This document shows positions 12,001 to 24,000 of a stretch of DNA of 64,000 nt, piece after piece. The translations under genes were made by a program, and so were the position numbers. Below the pieces are notes generated by a model that was not told the DNA's origin, did no database searches, and saw nothing but the letters and a program-made list of their open reading frames with translations. Source of the stretch: Eledone cirrhosa (Eukaryota); the NCBI GenBank assembly GCA_964016885.1, contig OZ024764.1, positions 18,290,001 through 18,354,000 on the forward strand. The letters are read 5' to 3'. Numbering within the stretch: position 1 is the stretch's first letter; each line of letters begins with the position of its first letter.

Positions 12001-15000
12001 GTGTGTCCCTGTGAAGGTCTGTAGGTCTCTGTGTGAAGGTCTGGAGGTTTGTGGGTCTCTGTGTGAAGGTCTGGAGGTTTGTGGGTCTCTGTGAGAGTTT
12101 GTAGGTCTCTGTGTGAAGGTCTGGAGGTTTGTGGGTCTCTGTGAAGGTCTGTAGGTCTCTGTGTGAAGGTCTGGAGGTTTGTGGGTCTCTGTGAGGGTCT
12201 GTAGGTCTCTGTGTGAAGGTCTGGAGGTTTGTGGGTCTCTGTGAAGGTCTGTAGGTCTCTGTGTGAAGGTCTGGAGGTTTGTGGGTCTCTGTGAGGGTCT
12301 GTAGGTCTCTCTGTGAAGGTCTGGAGGTTTGTGAGGGTCTGTAGGTCTCTGTGTGAAGGCCTGGAGGTTTGTAGGTCTCTGTGAGGGTCTGTAGGTCTCT
12401 GTGTGAAGGTCTGGAGGTTTGTGGGTCTCTGTGAGGGTCTGTAGGTCTCTGTGTGAAGGTCTGGAGGTTTGTGGGTCTCTGTGAGGGTCTGTAGGTCTCT
12501 GTGTGAAGGTCTGGAGGTTTGTGGGTCTCTGTGAAGGTCTGTAGGTCTCTGTGTGTAGGTCTGGAGGTTTGTGGGTCTCTGTGAAGGTCTGTAGGTCTCT
12601 GTGTGAAGGTCTGGAGGTTTGTGGGTCTCTGTGAGGGTCTGTAGGTCTCTGTGTGAAGGTCTGGAGGTTTGTGGGTCTCTGTGAGGGTCTGTAGGTCTCT
12701 GTGTGAAGGTTTGGAGGTTTGTGGGTTCCTGTGAAGGTCTGTAGGTCTCTGTGTGAAGGTCTGGAGGTTTGTGGGTCTCTGTGTGAAGGTCTGGAGGTTT
12801 ATGGGTCTCTGTGTGAAGGTCTGGAGGTCTGTGGGTCTCTGTGAAGGTCTGTAGGTCTCTGTGTGAAGGTCTGGAGGTTTGTGGGTCTCTGTGAGGGTCT
12901 GTAGGTCTCTGTGTGAAGGTCTGGAGGTTTGTGGGTCTCTGTGAAGGTCTGTAGGTCTCTGTGTGAAGGTCTGGAGGTTTGTGGGTCTCTGTGAGGGTCT
13001 GTAGGTCTCTCTGTGAAGGTCTGGAGGTTTGTGAGGGTCTGTAGGTCTCTGTGTGAAGGTCTGGAGGTTTGTGGGTCTCTGTGAGGGTCTGTAGGTCTCT
13101 GTGTGAAGGTCTGGAGGTTTGTGGGTCTCTGTGAGGGTCTGTAGGTCTCTGTGTGAAGGTCTGGAGGTTTGTGGGTCTCTGTGAGGGTCTGTAGGTCTCT
13201 GTGTGAAGGTCTGGAGGTTTGTGGGTCTCTGTGAGGGTCTGTAGGTCTCCGTGTGAAGGTCTGGAGGTTTGTGGGTCTCTGTGAGGGTCTGTAGGTCTCT
13301 GTGTGAAGGTCTGGAGGTTTGTGGGTCTCTGTGAGGGTCTGTAGGTCTCTGTGTGAAGGTCTGGAGGTTTGTGGGTCTCTGTGAAGGTCTGTAGGTCTCT
13401 GTGTGAAGGTCTGTGGGTCTGTAGGTCTTTGTGTGAAGGTCTGGAGGTTTGTGGGTCTCTGTGAGGGTCTGTAGGTCTCTGTGTGAAGGTCTGGAGGTTT
13501 GTGGGTCTCTGTGAGGGTCTGTAGGTCTCTGTATGAAGGTCTGGAGGTTTGTGGGTCTCTGTGTGAAGGTCTGAAGGTTTGTGGGTCTCTGTGAAGGTCT
13601 GTAGGTCTCTGTGTGAAGGTCTGGAGGTTTGTGGGTCTCTGTGAGGGTCTGTAGGTCTCTGTGTGAAGGTCTGGAGGTTTGTGGGTCTCTGTGAAGGTCT
13701 GTAGGTCTCTGTGTGAAGGTCTGGAGGTTTGTGGGTCTCTGTGAGGGTCTGTAGGTCTCTGTGAAGGTCTGGAGGTTTGTGGGTCTCTGTGAAGGTCTGT
13801 AGGTCTCTGTGTGAAGGTCTGGAGGTTTGTGGGTCTCTGTGAGGGTCTGTAGGTCTCTGTGTGACGGTCTGGAGGTTTGTGGGTCTCTGTGAAGGTCTGT
13901 AGGTCTCTGTGTGAAGGTCTGGAGGTTTGTGGGTCTCTGTAGGTCTCTGTGTGAAGGTCTGGAGGTTTGTGGGTCTCTGTGAGGGTCTGTAGGTCTCTGT
14001 GTGAAGGTCTGGAGGTTTGTGGGTCTCTGTGAAGGTCTGTAGGTCTCTGTGTGAAGGTCTGGAGGTTTGTAGGTCTCTGTGTGAAGGTCTGGAGGTTTGT
14101 GGGTCTCTGTGAGGGTCTGTAGGTCTCTGTGTGAAGGTCTGGAGGTTTGTGGGTCTCTGTAAAGGTCTGTAGGTCTCTGTGTGAAGGTCTGGAGGTTTGT
14201 GGGTCTCTGTGAGGGTCTGTAGGTCTCTGTGTGAAGGTCTGGAGGTTTGTGGGTCTCTGTGAGGGTCTGTAGGTCTCTGTGTGAAGGTCTGTGGGTCCCT
14301 GTGAAGGTCTGTAGGTCTCTGTGTGAAGGTCTGGAGGTTTGTGGGTCTCTGTGTGAAGGTCTGGAGGTTTGTGGGTCTCTGTGAGGGTCTGTAGGTCTCT
14401 GTGTGAAGGTCTGGAGGTTTGTGGGTCCCTGTGAAGGTCTGTAGGTCTCTGTGTGAAGGTCTGGAGGTTTGTAGGTCTCTGTGAGGGTCTGTAGGTCTCT
14501 GTGTGAAGGTCTGGAGGTTTGTGGGTCTCTGTGAGAGTTTGTAGGTCTCTGTGTGAAGGTCTGGAGGTTTGTGGGTCTCTGTGAGGGTCTGTAGGTCTCT
14601 GTATGAAGGTCTGGAGGTTTGTGGGTCTCTGTGAAGGTCTGTAGGTCTCTGTGTGAAGGTCTGGAGGTTTGTGGGTCTCTGTGAGGGTCTGTAGGTCTCT
14701 GTGTGAAGGTTTGGAGGTTTGTGGGTCCCTGTGAAGGTCTGTAGGTCTCTGTGTGAAGGTCTGGAGGTTTGTGGGTCTCTGTGTGAAGGTCTGGAGGTTT
14801 GTGGGTCTCTGTGAGAGTTTGTAGGTCTCTGTGTGAAGGTCTGGAGGTTTGTGGGTCTCTGTGAAGGTCTGTAGGTCTCTGTGTGAAGGTCTGGAGGTTT
14901 GTGGGTCTCTGTGAGGGTCTGTAGGTCTCTGTGTGAAGGTCTGGAGGTTTGTGGGTCTCTGTGAAGGTCTGTAGGTCTCTGTGTGAAGGTCTGGAGGTTT

Positions 15001-18000
15001 GTGGGTCTCTGTGAGGGTCTGTAGGTCTCTCTGTGAAGGTCTGGAGGTTTGTGAGGGTCTGTAGGTCTCTGTGTGAAGGCCTGGAGGTTTGTAGGTCTCT
15101 GTGAGGGTCTGTAGGTCTCTGTGTGAAGGTCTGGAGGTTTGTGGGTCTCTGTGAGGGTCTGTAGGTCTCTGTGTGAAGGTCTGGAGGTTTGTGGGTCTCT
15201 GTGAGAGTTTGTAGGTCTCTGTGTGAAGGTCTGGAGGTTTGTGGGTCTCTGTGAAGGTCTGTAGGTCTCTGTCTGTAGGTCTGGAGGTTTGTGGGTCTCT
15301 GTGAGGGTCTGTAGGTCTCTGTGTGAAGGTCTGGAAGTTTGTGGGTCTCTGTGAAGGTCTGTAGGTCTCTGTGTGAAGGTCTGGAGGTTTGTGGGTCTCT
15401 GTGAGGGTCTGTAGGTCTCTGTGTGAAGGTCTGGAGGTTTGTGGGTCTCTGTGAAGGTCTGTAGGTCTCTGTGTGAAGGTCTGGAGGTTTGTGGGTCTCT
15501 GTGAGGGTCTGTAGGTCTCTCTGTGAAGGTCTGGAGGTTTGTGAGGGTCTGTAGGTCTCTGTGTGAAGGTCTGGAGGTTTGTAGGTCTCTGTGAGAGTTT
15601 GTAGGTCTCTGTGTGAAGGTCTGGAGGTTTGTGGGTCTCTGTGAGGGTCTGTAGGTCTCCGTGTGAAGGTCTGGAGGTTTGTGGGTCTCTGTGAGGGTCT
15701 GTAGGTCTCTGTGTGAAGGTCTGGAGGTTTGTGGGTGCCTGTGAAGGTCTGGAGGTTTGTAGGTCTCTGTGTGGGTCTGTATGTCTCCGTGTGAAGGTCT
15801 GGAGGTTTGTGGGTCTCTGTGAGGGTCTGTAGGTCTCTGTGTGAAGGTCTGGAGGTTTGTGGGTCTCTGTGAGAGTTTGTAGGTCTCTGTGTGAAGGTCT
15901 GGAGGTTTGTGGGTCTCTGTGAGGGTCTGTAGGTCTCTGTGTGAAGGTCTAGAGGTTTGTGGGTCTCTGTGAAGGTCTGTAGGTCTCTGTGTGAAGGTCT
16001 GGAGGTTTGTGGGTCTGTAGGTCTTTGTGTGAAGGTCTGGAGGTTTGTGGGCCTCTGTGAGGGTCTGTAGGTCTCTGTGTGAAGGTCTGGAGGTTTGTGG
16101 GTCTCTGTGAAGGTCTGTGGGTCTCTGTGTGAAGGTCTGGAGGTTTGTAGGTCACTGTGAGGGTCTGTAGGTCTCTGTGTGAAGGTCTGGAGGTTTGTGG
16201 GTCTCTGTGAGGGTCTGTAGGTCTCTGTGTGAAGATCTGGAGGTTTGTGGGTCTCTGTGAAGGTCTGTAGGTCTCTGTGTGAAGGTCTGGAGGTTTGTAG
16301 GTCTCTGTGAGGGTTTGTAGGTCTCTGTGTGAAGGTCTGGAGGTTTGTAGGTCTCTGTGAGGGTCTGTAGGTCTCTGTGTGAAGGTCTGGAGGTTTGTGG
16401 GTCTCTGTGAAGGTCTGTAGGTCTCTGTGTGAAGGTCTGGAGGTTTGTGGGTCTCTGTGAGGGTCTGTAGGTCTCTGTGTGAAGGTCTGGAGGTTTGTGG
16501 GTCTCTGTGAGGGTCTGTAGGTCTCTGTGTGAAGGTTTGGAGGTTTGTGGGTCCCTGTGAAGGTCTGTAGGTCTCTGTGTGAAGGTCTGGAGGTTTGTGG
16601 GTCTCCGTGTGAAGGTCTGGAGGTTTGTGGGTCTCTGTGAGAGTTTGTAGGTCTCTGTGTGAAGGTCTGGAGGTTTGTGGGTCTCTGTGAAAGTCTGTAG
16701 GTCTCTGTGTGAAGGTCTGGAGGTTTGTGGGTCTCTGTGAGGGTCTGTAGGTCTCTGTGTGAAGGTCTGGAGGTTTGTGGGTCTCTGTGAAGGTCTGTAG
16801 GTCTCTGTGTGAAGGTCTGGAGGTTTGTGGGTCTCTGTGAGGGTCTGTAGGTCTCTCTGTGAAGGTCTGGAGGTTTGTGGGTCTCTGTGAGAGTTTGTAG
16901 GTCTCTGTGTGAAGGTCTGGAGGTTTGTGGGTCTCTGTGAAGGTCTGTAGGTCTCTGTGTGTAGGTCTGGAGGTTTGTGGGTCTCTGTGAGGGTCTGTAG
17001 GTCTCTGTGTGAAGGTCTGGAAGTTTGTGGGTCTCTGTGAAGGTCTGTAGGTCTCTGTGTGAAGGTCTGGAGGTTTGTGGGTCTCTGTGAGGGTCTGTAG
17101 GTCTCCGTGTGAAGGTCTGGAGGTTTGTGGGTCTCTGTGAGGGTCTGTAGGTCTCTGTGTGAAGGTCTGGAGGTTTGTGGGTCTCTGTGAGGGTCTGTAG
17201 GTCTCTGTGTGAAGGTCTGGAGGTTTGTGGGTCTCTGTGAAGGTCTGTAGGTCTCTGTGTGAAGGTCTGTGGGTCTGTAGGTCTTTGTGTGAAGGTCTGG
17301 AGGTTTGTGGGTCTCTGTGAGGGTCTGTAGGTCTCTGTGTGAAGGTCTGGAGGTTTGTGGGTCTCTGTGAGGGTCTGTAGGTCTCTGTGTGAAGGTCTGG
17401 AGGTTTGTGGGTCTCTGTGAGGGTCTGTAGGTCTCTGTATGAAGGTCTGGAGGCTTGTGGGTCTCTGTGAGGGTCTGTAGGTCTCTGTGTGAAGGTCTGG
17501 AGGATTGTGGGTCTCTGTGAGGGTCTGTAGGTCTCTGTGTGAAGGTCTGGAGGTTTGTGGGTCTCTGTGAGGGTCTGTAGGTCTCTGTGTGAATGTCTGG
17601 AGGTTTGTGGGTCTCTGTGAAGGTCTGTAGGTCTCTGTGTGAAGGTCTGGAGGTTTGTAGGTCTCTGTGAGGGTCTGTAGGTCTCTGTATGAAGGTCTGG
17701 AGGTTTGTGGGTCTCTGTGAAGGTCTGTAGGTCTCTGTGTGAATGTCTGGAGGTTTGTGGGTCTCTGTGAAGGTCTGTAGGTCTCTGTGTGAAGGTCTGG
17801 AGGTTTGTGGGTCTCTGTGAGGGTCTGTAAGTCTCTGTGTGAAGGTCTGGAGGTTTGTGGGTCTCTGTGAAGGTCTGTAGGTCTCTGTGTGAAGGTCTGG
17901 AGGTTTGTGGGTCTCTGTGAGGGTCTGTAGGTCTCTCTGTGAAGGTCTGGAGGTTTGTGAGGGTCTGTAGGCCTCCGTGTGAAGGCCTGGAGGTTTGTAG

Positions 18001-21000
18001 GTCTCTGTGAGGGTCTGTAGGTCTCTGTGTGAAGGTCTGGAGGTTTGTGGGTCTCTGTGAGGGTCTGTAGGTCTCTGTGTGAAGGTCTGGAGGTTTGTGG
18101 GTCTCTGTGAGAGTTTGTAGGTCTCTGTGTGAAGGTCTGGAGGTTTGTGGGTCTCTGTGAAGGTCTGTAGGTCTCTGTGTGTAGGTCTGGAGGTTTGTGG
18201 GTCTCTGTGAGGGTCTGTAGGTCTCTGTGTGAAGGTCTGGAGGTTTGTGGGTCTCTGTGAGGGTCTGTAGGTCTCTGTGTGAAGGTTTGGAGGTTTGTGG
18301 GTCCCTGTGAAGGTCTGTAGGTCTCTGTGTGAAGGTCTGGAGGTTTGTGGGTCTCTGTGTGAAGGTCTGGAGGTTTGTGGGTTTCTGTGAGAGTTTGTAG
18401 GTCTCTGTGTGAAGGTCTGGAGGTTTGTGGGTCTCTGTGAAGGTCTGTAGGTCTCTGTGTGAAGGTCTGGAGGTTTGTGGGTCTCTGTGAGGGTCTGTAG
18501 GTCTCTGTGTGAAGGTCTGGAGGTTTGTGGGTCTCTGTGAAGGTCTGTAGGTCTCTGTGTGAAGGTCTGGAGGTTTGTGGGTCTCTGTGAGGGTCTGTAG
18601 GTCTCTCTGTGAAGGTCTGGAGGTTTGTGAGGGTCTGTAGGTCTCTGTGTGAAGGCCTGGAGGTTTGTAGGTCTCTGTGAGGGTCTGTAGATCTCTGTGT
18701 GAAGGTCTGGAGGTTTGTGGGTCTCTGTGAGGGTCTGTAGGTCTCTGTGTGAAGGTCTGGAGGTTTGTCGGTCTCTGTGAGAGTTTGTAGGTCTCTGTGT
18801 GAAGGTCTGGAGGTTTGTGGGTCTCTGTGAAGGTCTGTAGGTCTCTGTGTGTAGGTCTGGAGGTTTGTGGGTCTCTGTGAGGGTCTGTAGGTCTCTGTGT
18901 GAAGGTCTGGAAGTTTGTGGGTCTCTGTGAAGGTCTGTAGGTCTCTGTGTGAAGGTCTGGAGGTTTGTGGGTCTCTGTGAGGGTCTGTAGGTCTCCGTGT
19001 GAAGGTCTGGAGGTTTGTGGGTCTCTGTGAGGGTCTGTAGGTCTCTGTGTGAAGGTCTGGAGGTTTGTGGGTCTCTGTGAGGGTCTGTAGGTCTCTGTGT
19101 GAAGGTCTGGAGGTTTGTGGGTCTCTGTGAAGGTCTGTAGGTCTCTGTGTGAAGGTCTGTGGGTCTGTAGGTCTTTGTGTGAAGGTCTGGAGGTTTGTGG
19201 GTCTCTGTGAGGGTCTGTAGGTCTCTGTGTGAAGGTCTGGAGGTTTGTGGGTCTCTGTGAGGGTCTGTAGGTCTCTGTGTGAAGGTCTGGAGGTTTGTGG
19301 GTCTCTGTGAGGGTCTGTAGGTCTCTGTATGAAGGTCTGGAGGTTTGTGGGTCTCTGTGTGAAGGTCTGGAGGTTTGTGGTCTCTGTGAAGGTCTGTAGG
19401 TCTCTGTGTGAAGGTCTGGAGGTTTGTGGGTCTCTGTGAGGGTCTGTAGGTCTCTGTGTGAAGGTCTGGAGGTTTGTGGGTCTCTGTGAAGGTCTGTAGG
19501 TCTCTGTGTGAAGGTCTGGAGGTTTGTGGGTCTCTGTGAGGGTCTGTAGGTCTCTGTGTGAAGGTCTGGAGGTTTGTGGGTCTCTGTGAAGGTCTGTATG
19601 TCTCTGTGTGAAGGTCTGGAGGTTTGTGGGTCTCTGTGAGGGTCTGTAGGTCTCTGTGTGAAGGTCTGGAGGATTGTGGGTCTCTCTGAGGGTCTGTAGG
19701 TCTCTGTGTGAAGGTCTGGAGGTTTGTGGGTCTCTGTGAGGGTCTGTAGGTCTCTGTGTGAATGTCTGGAGGTTTGTGGGTCTCTGTGAAGGTCTGTAGG
19801 TCTCTGTGTGAAGGTCTGGAGGTTTGTGGGTCTCTGTGAGGGTGTGTAGGTCTCTGTATGAAGGTCTGGAGGTTTGTGGGTCTCTGTGAAGGTCTGTAGG
19901 TCTCTGTGTGAAGGTCTGGAGGTTTGTGGGTCTCTGTGAGGGTCTGTAGGTCTCTGTGTGAAGGTCTGGAGGTTTGTGGGTCTCTGTGAGGGTCTGTAGG
20001 TCTCTGTGTGAAGGTCTGGAGGTTTGTGGGTCCCTGTGAAGGTCTGTAGGTCTCTGTGTGAAGGTCTGGAGGTTTGTGGGTCTCTGTGAGGGTCTGTAGG
20101 TCTCTGTGTGACGGTCTGGAGGTTTGTGGGTCTCTGTGAAGGTCTGTAGGTCTCTGTGTGAAGGTCTGGAGGTTTGTGGGTCTCTGTAGGTCTCTGTGTG
20201 AAGGTCTGGAGGTTTGTGGGTCTCTGTGAGGGTCTGTAGGTCTCTGTGTGAAGGTCTGGAGGTTTGTGGGTCTCTGTGAAGGTCTGTAGGTCTCTGTGTG
20301 AAGGTCTGGAGGTTTGTAGGTCTCTGTGTGAAGGTCTGGAGGTTTGTGGGTCTCTGTGAGGGTCTGTAGCTCTCTGCGTGAAGGTCTGGAGGTTTGTGGG
20401 TCTCTGTAAAGGTCTGTAGGTCTCTGTGAGGGTCTGTAGGTCTCCGTGTGAAGGTCTGGAGGTTTGTGGGTCTCTGTGAGGGTCTGTAGGTCTCTGTGTG
20501 AAGGTCTGGAGGTTTGTGGGTGCCTGTGAAGGTCTGGAGGTTTGTAGGTCTCTGTGTGGGTCTGTATGTCTCCGTGTGAAGGTCTGGAGGTTTGTGGGTC
20601 TCTGTGAGGGTCTGTAGGTCTCTGTGTGAAGGTCTGGAGGTTTGTGGGTCTCTGTGAGAGTTTGTAGGTCTCTGTGTGAAGGTCTGGAGGTTTGTGGGTC
20701 TCTGTGAGGGTCTGTAGGTCTCTGTGTGAAGGTCTAGAGGTTTGTGGGTCTCTGTGAAGGTCTGTAGGTCTCTGTGTGAAGGTCTGGAGGTTTGTGGGTC
20801 TGTAGGTCTTTGTGTGAAGGTCTGGAGGTTTGTGGGCCTCTGTGAGGGTCTGTAGGTCTCTGTGTGAAGGTCTGGAGGTTTGTGGGTCTCTGTGAAGGTC
20901 TGTGGGTCTCTGTGTGAAGGTCTGGAGGTTTGTAGGTCACTGTGAGGGTCTGTAGGTCTCTGTGTGAAGGTCTGGAGGTTTGTGGGTCTCTGTGAGGGTC

Positions 21001-24000
21001 TGTAGGTCTCTGTGTGAAGATCTGGAGGTTTGTGGGTCTCTGTGAAGGTCTGTAGGTCTCTGTGTGAAGGTCTGGAGGTTTGTAGGTCTCTGTGAGGGTT
21101 TGTAGGTCTCTGTGTGAAGGTCTGGAGGTTTGTAGGTCTCTGTGAGGGTCTGTAGGTCTCTGTGTGAAGGTCTGGAGGTTTGTGGGTCTCTGTGAAGGTC
21201 TGTAGGTCTCTGTGTGAAGGTCTGGAGGTTTGTGGGTCTCTGTGAGGGTCTGTAGGTCTCTGTGTGAAGGTCTGGAGGTTTGTGGGTCTCTGTGAGGGTC
21301 TGTAGGTCTCTGTGTGAAGGTTTGGAGGTTTGTGGGTCCCTGTGAAGGTCTGTAGGTCTCTGTGTGAAGGTCTGGAGGTTTGTGGGTCTCTGTGTGAAGG
21401 TCTGGAGGTTTGTGGGTCTCTGTGAGAGTTTGTAGGTCTCTGTGTGAAGGTCTGGAGGTTTGTGGGTCTCTGTGAAGGTCTGTAGGTCTCTGTGTGAAGG
21501 TCTGGAGGTTTGTGGGTCTCTGTGAGGGTCTGTAGGTCTCTGTGTGAAGGTCTGGAGGTTTGTGGGTCTCTGTGAAGGTCTGTAGGTCTCTGTGTGAAGG
21601 TCTGGAGGTTTGTGGGTCTCTGTGAGGGTCTGTAGGTCTCTCTGTGAAGGTCTGGAGGTTTGTGGGTCTCTGTGAGAGTTTGTAGGTCTCTGTGTGAAGG
21701 TCTGGAGGTTTGTGGGTCTCTGTGAAGGTCTGTAGGTCTCTGTGTGTAGGTCTGGAGGTTTGTGGGTCTCTCTGAGGGTCTGTAGGTCTCTGTGTGAAGG
21801 TCTGGAAGTTTGTGGGTCTCTGTGAAGGTCTGTAGGTCTCTGTGTGAAGGTCTGGAGGTTTGTGGGTCTCTGTGAGGGTCTGTAGGTCTCCGTGTGAAGG
21901 TCTGGAGGTTTGTGGGTCTCTGTGAGGGTCTGTAGGTCTCTGTGTGAAGGTCTGGAGGTTTGTGGGTCTCTGTGAGGGTCTGTAGGTCTCTGTGTGAAGG
22001 TCTGGAGGTTTGTGGGTCTCTGTGAAGGTCTGTAGGTCTCTGTGTGAAGGTCTGTGGGTCTGTAGGTCTTTGTGTGAAGGTCTGGAGGTTTGTGGGTCTC
22101 TGTGAGGGTCTGTAGGTCTCTGTGTGAAGGTCTGGAGGTTTGTGGGTCTCTGTGAGGGTCTGTAGGTCTCTGTGTGAAGGTCTGGAGGTTTGTGGGTCTC
22201 TGTGAGGGTCTGTAGGTCTCTGTATGAAGGTCTGGAGGTTTGTGGGTCTCTGTGAGGGTCTGTAGGTCTCTGTGTGAAGGTCTGGAGGATTGTGGGTCTC
22301 TGTGAGGGTCTGTAGGTCTCTGTGTGAAGGTCTGGAGGTTTGTGGGTCTCTGTGAGGGTCTGTAGGTCTCTGTGTGAATGTCTGGAGGTTTGTGGGTCTC
22401 TGTGAAGGTCTGTAGGTCTCTGTGTGAAGGTCTGGAGGTTTGTAGGTCTCTGTGAGGGTCTGTAGGTCTCTGTATGAAGGTCTGGAGGTTTGTGGGTCTC
22501 TGTGAAGGTCTGTAGGTCTCTGTGTGAAGGTCTGGAGGTTTGTGGGTCTCTGTGAGGGTCTGTAGGTCTCTGTGTGAAGGTCTGGAGGTTTGTGGGTCTC
22601 TGTGAGGGTCTGTAGGTCTCTGTGTGAAGGTCTGGAGGTTTGTGGGTCCCTGTGAAGGTCTGTAGGTCTCTGTGTGAAGGTCTGGAGGTTTGTGGGTCTC
22701 TGTGTGAAGGTCTGGAGGTTTGTGGGTCTCTGTGAGGGTCTGTAGGTCTCTGTGTGAAGGTCTGGAGGTTTGTGGGTCCCTGTGAAGGTCTGTAGGTCTC
22801 TGTGTGAAGGTCTGGAGGTTTGTAGGTCTCTGTGAGGGTCTGTAGGTCTCTGTGTGAAGGTCTGGAGGTTTGTGGGTCTCTGTGAGAGTTTGTAGGTCTC
22901 TGTGTGAAGGTCTGGAGGTTTGTGGGTCTCTGTGAGGGTCTGTAGGTCTCTGTGTGAAGGTCTGGAGGATTGTGGGTCTCTGTGAGGGTCTGTAGGTCTC
23001 TGTGTGAAGGTCTGGAGGTTTGTGGGTCTCTGTGAGGGTCTGTAGGTCTCTGTGTGAATGTCTGGAGGTTTGTGGGTCTCTGTGAAGGTCTGTAGGTCTC
23101 TGTGTGAAGGTCTGGAGGTTTGTAGGTCTCTGTGAGGGTCTGTAGGTCTCTGTATGAAGGTCTGGAGGTTTGTGGGTCTCTGTGAAGGTCTGTAGGTCTC
23201 TGTGTGAATGTCTGGAGGTTTGTGGGTCTCTGTGAAGGTCTGTAGGTCTCTGTGTGAAGGTCTGGAGGTTTGTGGGTCTCTGTGAGGGTCTGTAAGTCTC
23301 TGTGTGAAGGTCTGGAGGTTTGTGGGTCTCTGTGAAGGTCTGTAGGTCTCTGTGTGAAGGTCTGGAGGTTTGTGGGTCTCTGTGAGGGTCTGTAGGTCTC
23401 TCTGTGAAGGTCTGGAGGTTTGTGAGGGTCTGTAGGCCTCCGTGTGAAGGCCTGGAGGTTTGTAGGTCTCTGTGAGGGTCTGTAGGTCTCTGTGTGAAGG
23501 TCTGGAGGTTTGTGGGTCTCTGTGAGGGTCTGTAGGTCTCTGTGTGAAGGTCTGGAGGTTTGTGGGTCTCTGTGAGAGTTTGTAGGTCTCTGTGTGAAGG
23601 TCTGGAGGTTTGTGGGTCTCTGTGAAGGTCTGTAGGTCTCTGTGTGTAGGTCTGGAGGTTTGTGGGTCTCTGTGAGGGTCTGTAGGTCTCTGTGTGAAGG
23701 TCTGGAGGTTTGTGGGTCTCTGTGAGGGTCTGTAGGTCTCTGTGTGAAGGTTTGGAGGTTTGTGGGTCCCTGTGAAGGTCTGTAGGTCTCTGTGTGAAGG
23801 TCTGGAGGTTTGTGGGTCTCTGTGTGAAGGTCTGGAGGTTTGTGGGTTTCTGTGAGAGTTTGTAGGTCTCTGTGTGAAGGTCTGGAGGTTTGTGGGTCTC
23901 TGTGAAGGTCTGTAGGTCTCTGTGTGAAGGTCTGGAGGTTTGTGGGTCTCTGTGAGGGTCTGTAGGTCTCTGTGTGAAGGTCTGGAGGTTTGTGGGTCTC

